Assembly: GCA_037190965.1 (NCBI GenBank)
Contig: JBBCKI010000002.1
Span: 64,001 to 128,000 of the forward strand
Length of the DNA: 64,000 nucleotides
Direction of reading: 5' to 3'
Source: Chthoniobacteraceae bacterium
GTDB lineage: Bacteria > Verrucomicrobiota > Verrucomicrobiia > Chthoniobacterales > Chthoniobacteraceae
The translations under genes were made by a program, and so were the position numbers. Under the pieces are notes generated by a model, which made no database searches, was not told the DNA's origin, and worked only from the letters and a program-made list of their open reading frames with translations. Of this stretch, positions 41,369-50,949 are shown piece by piece (position 1 is the stretch's first letter; each line of letters starts with the position of its first letter).

Positions 41369-41524
41369 GGCAGGATCGGTAGACCGCTCGCGCCGTCGAG
41401 CGCGGCGTTCGGCTGCGCTGGCTTATGAGAGCGGCATCCCAACACCAGCGGCCCGTCCTCCGGGGATGGACGTCAAACGCTCTTCACGAGTCGTCTCCCG
41501 CGCTCTCGGCGAGAGCGGGCCACC
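41369..41524 (-). repeat. REPIN-like element family A, copy 4 (inverted)
   Basis: GGTAGACCGCTCGCGCCGTCGAGCGCG...CGCTCTCGGCGAGAGCGGGCCACC. Confidence 0.85.
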
Positions 41525-41554
41525 TTCGCTGGTCCTCAAAGCAGCCCGTAGGTT

Positions 41555-42655
41555 CTACGCAGCCGCGCCGCCGTTCACCTCGAGCATCCGCAGGGCGTTC
41601 ACCGCATGGCGAATCTCCTCGCGCAGTTCGGCAAGCATCTCCCGGGTCACTTCGAGATCCTCGGCCCGATGCTGTGCCCACTGTTGGGCCGTCGTCTGAA
41701 TCCGCTGGCAGGTCGCGGTGAGATAGGCGTGGGCGGTTTCCGTAAGACCCGGTGTGGCGAGCTTGATCTCCAGGTGGCGTTGCGCCTCGGCGAGTTCCGC
41801 CAACATGATCTTTTCAGCAGGGACGCGGCGGAGCTTCTTGGCCAGGCCGACTTTGGAAAGCGTCCAGATGATCCACTTCGTCGGATCGAACTGCCACGCC
41901 TTCACGCCGTTACGGTAGTCGTGCTGAAACTCGTGATGGTAGTTATGATACCCCTCACCAAAGGTGACGAGCGCCATGATCCAGGAATCGCGCGCGCTGC
42001 AACGGGTGGAATAAGGACGGTCACCCAGATAATGGCAGAGCGAGTTGATGCAGAAGGTGCAATGCTGGAGGAAAACGACGCGAGCAACGCCCGCGATCAG
42101 GAAAGCACCGAGAGCGGAAATCCAGCCACCCCAAGCGAACCCAATGGCGGCGGGAAGCACAAAGGCCACGAAAGAGCCGATCCAGTGGATGTAGCGGTGC
42201 TGCCACATGACGAGCGGGTCCTTCTGGAGATCCGCTACGTTGTCATAGGGAGGTGGGGGATTGAGCTTGAACATCAACCAGCCAATGTGAGCGTGGAAAA
42301 GCCCCTTGTTGATGTTGTAGGGGTCATCATCGTGATCGACATGCTTATGGTGCGTCCGATGCTCGCAGGACCAGAGCAGTACGGAATTCTCAAACGCACC
42401 GGCGCCGAAGATGATTGTAAAGAGGCGTACGCTCCAATGCGCCTGGAAGGAGAGGTGCGAAAAGAGACGGTGATAGCCGAGCGTGATGGAAAAACCGCAC
42501 GCGCAGAACATTACGAAGAACAGGATGATCTGAAACCAGTCGATTCCAAAAAACCAAATGTAGGCCGGCACCGCCGTCAGAGAGAGAAACAGGGTACCGA
42601 TCAGGAATGAACTCGTGGTCCAGTTGACTTTGTCGAAAGGAATTCTCGAAAACAT
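41555..42655 (-). CDS. Delta-9-type fatty acid (acyl-CoA) desaturase
   Basis: His boxes GYHRLFSH, HRTHH, EGYHNYHH; WQFDPTKW. Confidence 0.92.
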   Translation of the reverse strand: MFSRIPFDKVNWTTSSFLIGTLFLSLTAVPAYIWFFGIDWFQIILFFVMFCACGFSITLGYHRLFSHLSFQAHWSVRLFTIIFGAGAFENSVLLWSCEHRTHHKHVDHDDDPYNINKGLFHAHIGWLMFKLNPPPPYDNVADLQKDPLVMWQHRYIHWIGSFVAFVLPAAIGFAWGGWISALGAFLIAGVARVVFLQHCTFCINSLCHYLGDRPYSTRCSARDSWIMALVTFGEGYHNYHHEFQHDYRNGVKAWQFDPTKWIIWTLSKVGLAKKLRRVPAEKIMLAELAEAQRHLEIKLATPGLTETAHAYLTATCQRIQTTAQQWAQHRAEDLEVTREMLAELREEIRHAVNALRMLEVNGGAAA

Positions 42656-42776
42656 GAATCAGGATTTGGGCGCGATCTGCGAGAGACAATGGAACTGAGT
42701 TCTTTTTACCCAACCCTGTACACCGCCGAGGCGGGAGGAGCATACACGGTTAATGCCCGAGCGCAAAGAGTCTGTG

Positions 42777-42816
42777 AAAAAAAATAGGCGGAGGGGAGGA
42801 TCTCTCCCCCTCCGCC
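42777..42816 (-). terminator. Rho-independent terminator after the flotillin gene
   Basis: Minus strand GGCGGAGGGG...CCCCTCCGCC-TA-TTTTTTTT. Confidence 0.85.
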
Positions 42817-42829
42817 GATCAAAAACGTC

Positions 42830-44275
42830 CTATTCCGCCGCCGCAGGCCGGCTCTTGACCTCGCCGTTGGCAGGTGCGGGGCGTCCCCCGTCGGCCTGAG
42901 GAATCTCCATCTTCCCGAGGTAATCAGGGAGCCGCAACCCGGCCTGGCGGGCGAGTTCCTGCAACGGTGGGAGGCTGCGGATGAGGCCCGAGAGGAAATT
43001 GGAGGTGGAGCCCCCGTTCTCGCCGCCGTTGCCGCTGTCCCAGACGGTGATTTTGTCGATCTTGATGCCGGAAATCGCCTTCGCCTGGGCGTCGACGAGC
43101 TTCGGCATCTGCTCGCCAAGCAGTAGGGTGATGGCAATTTGCGGGTTGTTCCCGGCAGCCGCGATCATGTTCTTGAAGCCGTCAGCCTTCGCCTCAAGGA
43201 TTTGCTTGGTGCCTTCGGCCTCCGCGCCAAGCCGGGAGGAGATCCCGAACGCGTCGGCTTCCGCGGTGGCCTTGATGCTGGCGGCCTGCGCGTTGGCGTT
43301 GATCTTGATCTGCTCGGCGTCCGCTTCCGCCATGACCATGATTTTCTGTTTCTGCACCTCGGCGGGGATAACCTCGTTGGCGTACCGGGTGGCCTGCTCC
43401 ACTTCGGCGCGGGCGAGTTCCGCTTCGCGCTTGGCGGTGTAGGAGTCGCGTTCGGCATTCGCGTTGGCGACCCGCTCCGCCGTGACGGCGAGCCGGTTGG
43501 CCTCGGCAATCTGGACGCTCAAAGCGGCGTTCGAGTTTGCGATTTCGATTTGGGCCAGGTTCTTCCCCTTGGTCCCTTCGGCGATGGCATTGGCCACCTC
43601 GACCTCTTTTGCCCGGTTCGCCTGCGCCGCGCCGATGTCACCGTCGCGTTCGGCTTCGGCGACTTTCACCTTGGCTTCCGCGATGGCTTTGGAGGCGGCC
43701 TCTTTACCCAGCGCCTCGATGTAGCCGCTCTCGTCGGTCACGTCCTGAATGTTGACGTTGATGAGCCGCAACCCGACTTTCTTCAACTCGACTTCCACAC
43801 CGTTGGCGATGTTGGAAATCAGTTTATCGCGGTCGGAGTTGATCTCCTCGATGCTCATTGTGGCGATGACCACGCGCATCTGGCCGAAGATGATGTCCTT
43901 GGCGAGATCGCGGATACTCTCGTGCGTGAGCCCGAGAAGCCGCTCCGCCGCATTTTCCATCACGCCCATTTCCGTCGCGACACCCACGGTGAAGGTGGAC
44001 GGAGTATTGACGCGGATGTTCTGCCGGGAGAGCGCGCCTTTGAGCGGGATCTCAATCGGCATCGGAGTCAGGTCGAGATACTGATAAGACTGGAAAAGCG
44101 GCCAGATAAAGGTGGCCCCACCATGGATACATTTGGCGGACTTTCCCCCGCCGACTTTTCCGTAAACGACCAGCACGCGGTCGCTCGGGCAGCGTTTATA
44201 ACGACTGCCGAGGGCAAGAACTGCCGCTCCGAGAAGAACAAAAACACCTCCAATAAGGATCAACGCTTCAAACAT
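42830..44275 (-). CDS. Flotillin-family SPFH protein
   Basis: N-terminal TM, RYKRCPSDRVLVVYGK, SPFH domain, EA-rich coiled coil, IKIDKITVWD. Confidence 0.92.
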   Translation of the reverse strand: MFEALILIGGVFVLLGAAVLALGSRYKRCPSDRVLVVYGKVGGGKSAKCIHGGATFIWPLFQSYQYLDLTPMPIEIPLKGALSRQNIRVNTPSTFTVGVATEMGVMENAAERLLGLTHESIRDLAKDIIFGQMRVVIATMSIEEINSDRDKLISNIANGVEVELKKVGLRLINVNIQDVTDESGYIEALGKEAASKAIAEAKVKVAEAERDGDIGAAQANRAKEVEVANAIAEGTKGKNLAQIEIANSNAALSVQIAEANRLAVTAERVANANAERDSYTAKREAELARAEVEQATRYANEVIPAEVQKQKIMVMAEADAEQIKINANAQAASIKATAEADAFGISSRLGAEAEGTKQILEAKADGFKNMIAAAGNNPQIAITLLLGEQMPKLVDAQAKAISGIKIDKITVWDSGNGGENGGSTSNFLSGLIRSLPPLQELARQAGLRLPDYLGKMEIPQADGGRPAPANGEVKSRPAAAE

Positions 44276-44344
44276 AGGACTCTCCTTTCAATTCACCGGT
44301 TGGTTGGACAAGAGAGGATGGGCTCTTAAGGAATCAGTGGTTCC

Positions 44345-44905
44345 CTAACCCACCCTCTCGACTTTGACGGTTTCTTGATCAATCACCGCCAAAACTCTTA
44401 TTTTCTCGCCGCTGGCGATCTCTTCGTCACTCATTGCGCCGAGCGTGACCATGCGCGACTGCGCGACCACTTGAATCTGACCGCCACTTTGACGCGACGG
44501 GATGCGAATGTACGCCGTGCCGACTTTTCCGACACTGTTGCGAATGTCGAAGGTATTATCCTCCTTCAATCCGTTGAAGGCGCGCATGAGAAAGAAAAAT
44601 ACCGCCCCGACCGCCAGCCCGGTCGCCGCGCCGCCGAGCGCTGCAACGGGAATGCTGAATTTCGCATTCAAGAGGAGCGAGCCGACGGAGCCGAACCCGA
44701 GGGCGAACCCGGCCACGGTTGTCCATGAAATGGCATGGCCTTCATCGCCGACACCGTCATGTAAATCCACGTGATCACCGAAACCAACCAACCTCAGGAT
44801 GATCTGGAGCAAAGCCATCGCCAACCCGATCACCGCGATAATGCGGAAGATCTGATGCACCAAAGTCCCCTCACTGATCCAGTCGTTAATGCCCAGTAAT
44901 CCCAT
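44345..44905 (-). CDS. NfeD-like membrane protein (start moved to ATG 44905)
   Basis: TM helices plus C-terminal OB fold VGKVGTAYIRIP...GQIQV; upstream of flotillin. Confidence 0.85.
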   Translation of the reverse strand: MGLLGINDWISEGTLVHQIFRIIAVIGLAMALLQIILRLVGFGDHVDLHDGVGDEGHAISWTTVAGFALGFGSVGSLLLNAKFSIPVAALGGAATGLAVGAVFFFLMRAFNGLKEDNTFDIRNSVGKVGTAYIRIPSRQSGGQIQVVAQSRMVTLGAMSDEEIASGEKIRVLAVIDQETVKVERVG

Positions 44906-45018
44906 GGTAAAAGCCTCCGGGCGGAACAAGTAGTGCTTTCCCCCCGGCGAAGCAACCAATTCTTCGCATTTTCGCCACATTGCCTCCGGGGCAAAATCTC
45001 TGTAACTTCCATCGGTTT

Positions 45019-45933
<915 letters not shown>

Positions 45934-46020
45934 TTTTGCAAAAAACAGGCTTCTCCGGCCTCCTGTTTTGCGGAATGTTAATTTCAGGCAAAACCAAGCC
46001 ACCGCCAAGCCTGTCAACTC

Positions 46021-46956
46021 ATGAACCCGTTCGACCAAGCCCTCTCCTATGTTCAAGATGCGTTAGCCCAGAAAAGGCAAGGCGCGTCGGGTTCCCGCGC
46101 GTCGCACGCCTCCTTGCAGCGGCTTGTAGAGGCGACGCGCGGCTTCCAGCCTCAACCAATGGCAGAACGGACTCCTGAGCCCAAACCCGAACCCGGCTCG
46201 AGCCAGGGAGCCAAAGGGCTTGCCGCGCGCGTTCGCGCCGCGATGGGTGAAGCTCCTCCTCCCAATTCTGCAACGTCCAAAACGCCCGACGCGCCGATTT
46301 CAAAATCCATGGCAACAGCGTCCTCCGAAAGCTCGCGGGAAGAACGGATGGAGCGTCTGCGCCAAAAGGTGCTCACCTGCGTCACCTGCGCCGACCTCGC
46401 CCATAAGCACCCACACGTGGTCTTCGGGGGAGGCGACGTGAATGCAGAGTTGATGTTCGTGGGCGAAGCACCGGGAGCCGAAGAAGAACTTACGGGCGAA
46501 CCGTTCGTCGGCAAGGCAGGCCAGTTGCTCACCAAGATCATCGAGGCGATGGGCTTCCGTCGGGAGCAGGTCTATATGGCCAACGTGGTGAAATGCCGCC
46601 CGACGATGCCGTCGGGAGAATCCGGCAATCGGGAGCCAAGCCCCGATGAAATCGCCCTCTGCCTCCCCTACCTGATCGAACAGATCGAAATCATCCGCCC
46701 AAAGTGCATTGTCGCGCTGGGGGGCACCGCCGCAGAAGGCTTGCTCAACAAAGCAACCCCGATCGGCGAACTCCGGGGGCATTGGCATTCCTTCAAGGGC
46801 ATCCCGCTCATGGCCACGTACCACCCTGCTTACCTGCTCCGCAACCAGAGTAACACCGAAAAGCGGAAGGTCTGGGAGGACATGCTGCAAGTGCTCGAGC
46901 TGCTCGGAAAGCCGATCACCCCCAAGCAGCGCGGATATTTCCTTTCGAAGGGATAG
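46021..46956 (+). CDS. Family 4 uracil-DNA glycosylase with N-terminal extension
   Basis: CVTC, FVGEAPGAEE, PFVGKAG, NVVKCRP, TYHPAYLLR. Confidence 0.92.
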   Translation: MNPFDQALSYVQDALAQKRQGASGSRASHASLQRLVEATRGFQPQPMAERTPEPKPEPGSSQGAKGLAARVRAAMGEAPPPNSATSKTPDAPISKSMATASSESSREERMERLRQKVLTCVTCADLAHKHPHVVFGGGDVNAELMFVGEAPGAEEELTGEPFVGKAGQLLTKIIEAMGFRREQVYMANVVKCRPTMPSGESGNREPSPDEIALCLPYLIEQIEIIRPKCIVALGGTAAEGLLNKATPIGELRGHWHSFKGIPLMATYHPAYLLRNQSNTEKRKVWEDMLQVLELLGKPITPKQRGYFLSKG

Positions 46957-46990
46957 GAAGTAAGAGCGACTTTTCTTCGCCGAATGGCGC

Positions 46991-47069
46991 GGCAGCGCCG
47001 GTAGTCCGCTCGCGCCGCTGGGCGCGAGCATCGGCTCTCATGCCTGCATTGAGGGCGCATCCCAAACAC
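46991..47069 (-). repeat. REPIN-like element family A, copy 5 (inverted, truncated)
   Basis: GGCAGCGCCGGTAGTCCGCTCGCGCCGCTGGGCGCG...GCATCCCAAACAC; the second terminal palindrome is missing. Confidence 0.65.
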
Positions 47070-47181
47070 GCGGGAACACAATAAACGTGCCTCCCGGCCC
47101 CTCCCGCACCCTAGGCAAGAGATGCTATCCCCTACACTCGGGGCGCAGCTTCTTTTCGATTATCCGTGACCATCAAATAGC

Positions 47182-48456
47182 ATGATTGCCAAAAGCCAAT
47201 ACCCGATGAGGTCGAGAAAGGTGGAGCTATCATGGGAATTATTGAACCACCTGGGCAAAAACTTCGGTGATTCTTTTTACATCCTCGACCTGCAGCGTTT
47301 TGAAGACAACTACAGGGAGTTCTCCCGTTCATTTCAGACGATCTATCCCAAGAGCCAAATCGCTTACTCCTACAAAACGAATTACATCCCAAAATTATGT
47401 CAGTCCGTGAACGCCGCAGGGGGGTATGCCGAGGTGGTCTCCGGGATGGAATATCAACTCGCCCTTCGAGTCGGGGTTTCCCCACAGCGAATCATCTTCA
47501 ACGGCCCCTCCAAAACTTACGATGAACTGGAGAACGCGCTTTTAGCGGGATCCATCGTCAATCTGGATTCATCCCGCGAGGTTGAACTTGCCGAGACCAT
47601 TGCGGCACGATTTCCAAACACAACACTCCATGTCGGTCTCCGGTGCAGCTTTCCCATCGGTGACGAAAACGTCTCACGGTTCGGATTCGACGCGTCCTCC
47701 GGCAACCTCGAGATGGCGATCAATCGCCTCCGCAAACTCGCCAACTGCGACATTGTCGGTCTGCACTGCCACTTTTCCACGAAGCATAGAAGCCTGGAGT
47801 CCTTCACATTAAGGACGTCCAAACTGTTGGAGCTTTGCCGCTACTACTTCGGCCCCGCGGGCCCGCGCTTGATCGATATTGGTGGTGGTTTCTTCAGCCC
47901 GATGAGTAGCGACCTCCAGAAACTATTCGAAGTTGAGGCGCCTGGTTACGGCGAATATGCCGCTGCCGTCGCTCCGCTTCTCGCGAAGGCCTACCCCGCC
48001 GGGAATGGCCCAGAACTGATCGTCGAACCTGGTTCAGCTCTCGTTGCCGATGCCATGCTATTCGTGGCGCGGATCGTTGAGATCAAGACGATCGCGTCCC
48101 GCCGCCTGGCGGTGGCCGCGGGCAGCATTCACAATATAAAGCCCACCCTGCACAACAAGAACATGCCCGTCCGCATCTTCAGCGCATGTCAACCGTCCGA
48201 ACAGAGAACCGCGCCGGTTGACATCGTTGGCTACACCTGCATGGAGCATGATTGCCTCCACCACGGATGCGATCAGGAAATTTCGATTGGCGATTACGCA
48301 GTGTTCGAAAACGTCGGAGCCTATACGATCGTCATGAAGCCTCCGTTCATCCAACCCTCCCCCGCCATCGTCGCCACAAAGCCTGGTTCTCCGGGATTTG
48401 AACTGGTCAAACACAGGGAAGAAATGTCGGACCTGTTTTCAACCTATCTATTTTAA
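47182..48456 (+). CDS. Fold-type III PLP decarboxylase (LysA-like, substrate uncertain)
   Basis: YSYKTN, AEVVSGME, IFNGPSK, SRFG, GLHCH, DIGGGF, VEPG, GYTCMEHD, VGAY. Confidence 0.8.
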   Translation: MIAKSQYPMRSRKVELSWELLNHLGKNFGDSFYILDLQRFEDNYREFSRSFQTIYPKSQIAYSYKTNYIPKLCQSVNAAGGYAEVVSGMEYQLALRVGVSPQRIIFNGPSKTYDELENALLAGSIVNLDSSREVELAETIAARFPNTTLHVGLRCSFPIGDENVSRFGFDASSGNLEMAINRLRKLANCDIVGLHCHFSTKHRSLESFTLRTSKLLELCRYYFGPAGPRLIDIGGGFFSPMSSDLQKLFEVEAPGYGEYAAAVAPLLAKAYPAGNGPELIVEPGSALVADAMLFVARIVEIKTIASRRLAVAAGSIHNIKPTLHNKNMPVRIFSACQPSEQRTAPVDIVGYTCMEHDCLHHGCDQEISIGDYAVFENVGAYTIVMKPPFIQPSPAIVATKPGSPGFELVKHREEMSDLFSTYLF

Positions 48457-48497
48457 CCGAACTCATGGGCAGGCCACTTCCTTGACCCTTACAGAAC

Positions 48498-49667
48498 ATG
48501 AATATCCTTCTGACTTGCGCCGGACGCCGAAACTATCTCGTGCAATACTTTGCCGAAGCCCTCGGCCATGAGGGAAAGGTCTTTACCGCTGACTCGAATC
48601 CCAATGCTCCAGCGCTTCAGGAAGCGGACGAAGGCATTATCTTACCGACCGTCGATCACCCGGATTACATTGACCGCCTTCTCGCCATTTGCCGTGAGAA
48701 CCATATATCGCTACTGATTCCGCTCAATGACTTGGAACTGCCGCTGCTTGCCGGGCACAGGCAACGCTTTAGCGACATCAACACGACCCTGCTGGTTTCG
48801 TCGTCCACGGTCATTGATACCTGCTTTGACAAATGGGCGACCGCAAAATTCCTGCAACGGGCCGGCATTGCAGGGCCTAAGACCTATCTTGCCCCAAGCG
48901 ACGCCCACGCTGCAATTCGCAGCGGTGAACTGGCTCTTCCGCTGATCCTCAAGCCAAGATGGGGCTCCGCTTCAATAGGCGTCGAAACGATCTTCGACAA
49001 CAAGAACATCGAACCCAGCTATCATCTGGCGAAGGAACGCCTCCGCCGGAGCATTCTGGCAAATCCAAGCGCGAAAGCCCCTGATGCATCGCTGATTTTT
49101 CAGGAACGCTTAAACGGACAGGAATACGGCCTCGACGTGATTAACGACCTTTCGGGGCGCTATCTATTTACCTTCGTCAGACGAAAACTTGCCATGCGGG
49201 CAGGCGAAACCGATCACGCCGTCGCAATCAGGAACAGCAGGCTGGAAGCCTTGGGAGAACAGATCGGGAGATCTCTCGGACACGTCGGTATCCTTGATTG
49301 TGACGTGTTCGATTGTGACGGCAAGTTGAGCGTTCTCGAAATGAATGCCCGTTTTGGTGGAGGGTATCCCTTTACCCATACGGCGGGAGCCAATCTTCCT
49401 GCAATTCTGATTACGTTGATCAAAGGGGGAACCCCAAGTCCCGACCTGTTTGCCATCAGAGAGAATACTGCCATCAGCAAATGCGACCGCCTCGTGGTCA
49501 TAGAGCGCGATTTCAAACCAATCCTCCGTCCTGGAGAGAGCGGAATCGCAAGCACCTTTGTGCCTGCGGCCTGCGCCATGCTTGAAGAAATCGGCCTCTC
49601 GCTAAAAAACTGCTGCAAGCCCGAAGGGTTGCTTGCCACGATTGAAATGGCCCTGGCCGCAATTTAG
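48498..49667 (+). CDS. ATP-grasp protein (carbamoyl-phosphate-synthase-like)
   Basis: MNILLTCAGRR, DKW, KPRWGSASIG, QERLNGQEY, LEMNARFGGGYP. Confidence 0.88.
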   Translation: MNILLTCAGRRNYLVQYFAEALGHEGKVFTADSNPNAPALQEADEGIILPTVDHPDYIDRLLAICRENHISLLIPLNDLELPLLAGHRQRFSDINTTLLVSSSTVIDTCFDKWATAKFLQRAGIAGPKTYLAPSDAHAAIRSGELALPLILKPRWGSASIGVETIFDNKNIEPSYHLAKERLRRSILANPSAKAPDASLIFQERLNGQEYGLDVINDLSGRYLFTFVRRKLAMRAGETDHAVAIRNSRLEALGEQIGRSLGHVGILDCDVFDCDGKLSVLEMNARFGGGYPFTHTAGANLPAILITLIKGGTPSPDLFAIRENTAISKCDRLVVIERDFKPILRPGESGIASTFVPAACAMLEEIGLSLKNCCKPEGLLATIEMALAAI

Positions 49668-49712
49668 TGCATCGTCAGTTAAATAACTGGCGTATTCATT
49701 TCCCTCATTCCC

Positions 49713-49864
49713 CCTCGTTACCAATCTCCAGATTGGTAATGCCAATGCCCCCGAATCTCTGATTCGAAAGCCTTGTCATCTCGTGCAGGGTGTCGGAACG
49801 GAAAGGCTTGCGAAACTGGAGTTTCGAAGACACGGGCGTCCCCAAACAGAGTTTGAGAACGAGG
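49713..49864 (+). repeat. REP-like element family B, copy 1
   Basis: CCTCGTT...AACGAGG ends enclosing palindromes CCAATCTCCAGATTGG, CGAATCTCTGATTCG, CGAAACTGGAGTTTCG, CAAACAGAGTTTG. Confidence 0.85.
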
Positions 49865-49942
49865 AAAATACTACAAAATTTATCCAACCCATGTGAACGA
49901 AGCATTGACGGCTGCGCTGAAGATTGCAAGATCGCCCGACCT

Positions 49943-50914
49943 ATGAAAGTGGCTATCGTTGGCGGAACCGGCAACATTAGTACCAGCATCGTTCGGGTGC
50001 TGATCAGGGAAGGACACGAAGTCGTTTGTTTCAATCGAGGGAAGCGCAGTTCTCCTCCGCCAGGGGTTCGGGTCATTACCGGCGACCGGAATGACCGGGC
50101 CCGTTTTGAACAGGCCATGCAGCAGGAAAAGTTCGATGCGGCGATCGATATGATCTGCTTCAATCCTGAAGAAGCGCGCAGCAGTGTACGTGCCTTCCAA
50201 GGGGTCCGGCACTTTGTGCAATGCTCCACGGTTTGCACCTACGGCGTGAATTACGATTGCTTCCCCACCCCCGAAGATCACCCGTTGCGCCCCATCACAA
50301 GCTACGGCCAAGGCAAGGTCGAAGCGGACCGCGTTTTCATGGAAGCCTGGGAGCAGGAGGGGTTTCCCGTAACGATCATCAAGCCATCGACTACCTATGG
50401 GCCGCAGATGGGTTTACTGCGACAGGTGGCGTGGGACTTTGGATGGATCGACCGCGTTCGCAAGGGCAAGCCGATTTTGATTTGCGAACAGGGCATTGCC
50501 CGACATCAATTTCTTCATGTGGATGACGCCGCTCTCGGATTCGCTGGGGTCCTGGCCAAATCACATTGTATCGGGCAGACCTACAATCTCGTTGCCCGCG
50601 GGTATACGACGTGGGCGGAGTATCACCGCCTGGCGATGAACGTTTTGGGAAGAGAGGTTGAATTAGTCAGTCTTCCGTTGCGGACGCTGATGGATATCGA
50701 CGCGACCCGCTTCGATATTTGTGACAAAATATTTGCCCACTCCACGCACTACAGTTCCGAAAAGCTGTTCCGCGATGTGCCCGAATTCCAGCCCTGCATT
50801 GGCTTGGAAGAAGGGATGAGGCAAATCGTCGAGATCATGGATCGCCAAAATCGAATTCCCAATTCCGATCTCGAAACGTGGGAAGACACAGTGATCGCAT
50901 CGATCAGCAACTGA
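49943..50914 (+). CDS. NAD-dependent epimerase/dehydratase (start moved to ATG 49943)
   Basis: MKVAIVGGTGNIS, FNRG, YGQGK, HVDD. The longer track ORF starts inside repeat B. Confidence 0.88.
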   Translation: MKVAIVGGTGNISTSIVRVLIREGHEVVCFNRGKRSSPPPGVRVITGDRNDRARFEQAMQQEKFDAAIDMICFNPEEARSSVRAFQGVRHFVQCSTVCTYGVNYDCFPTPEDHPLRPITSYGQGKVEADRVFMEAWEQEGFPVTIIKPSTTYGPQMGLLRQVAWDFGWIDRVRKGKPILICEQGIARHQFLHVDDAALGFAGVLAKSHCIGQTYNLVARGYTTWAEYHRLAMNVLGREVELVSLPLRTLMDIDATRFDICDKIFAHSTHYSSEKLFRDVPEFQPCIGLEEGMRQIVEIMDRQNRIPNSDLETWEDTVIASISN

Positions 50915-50949
50915 TTTGAACTCTTTCCTCGTGACTATACCGACGGGCG

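Noticed and set aside
49790..49942. N-terminal extension of the epimerase ORF (likewise 56478-56576 of the TPR protein, 41097-41171 of hisI)
   Set aside because: These extensions run through repeats or the attenuator hairpin; the domain starts match the downstream ATGs.
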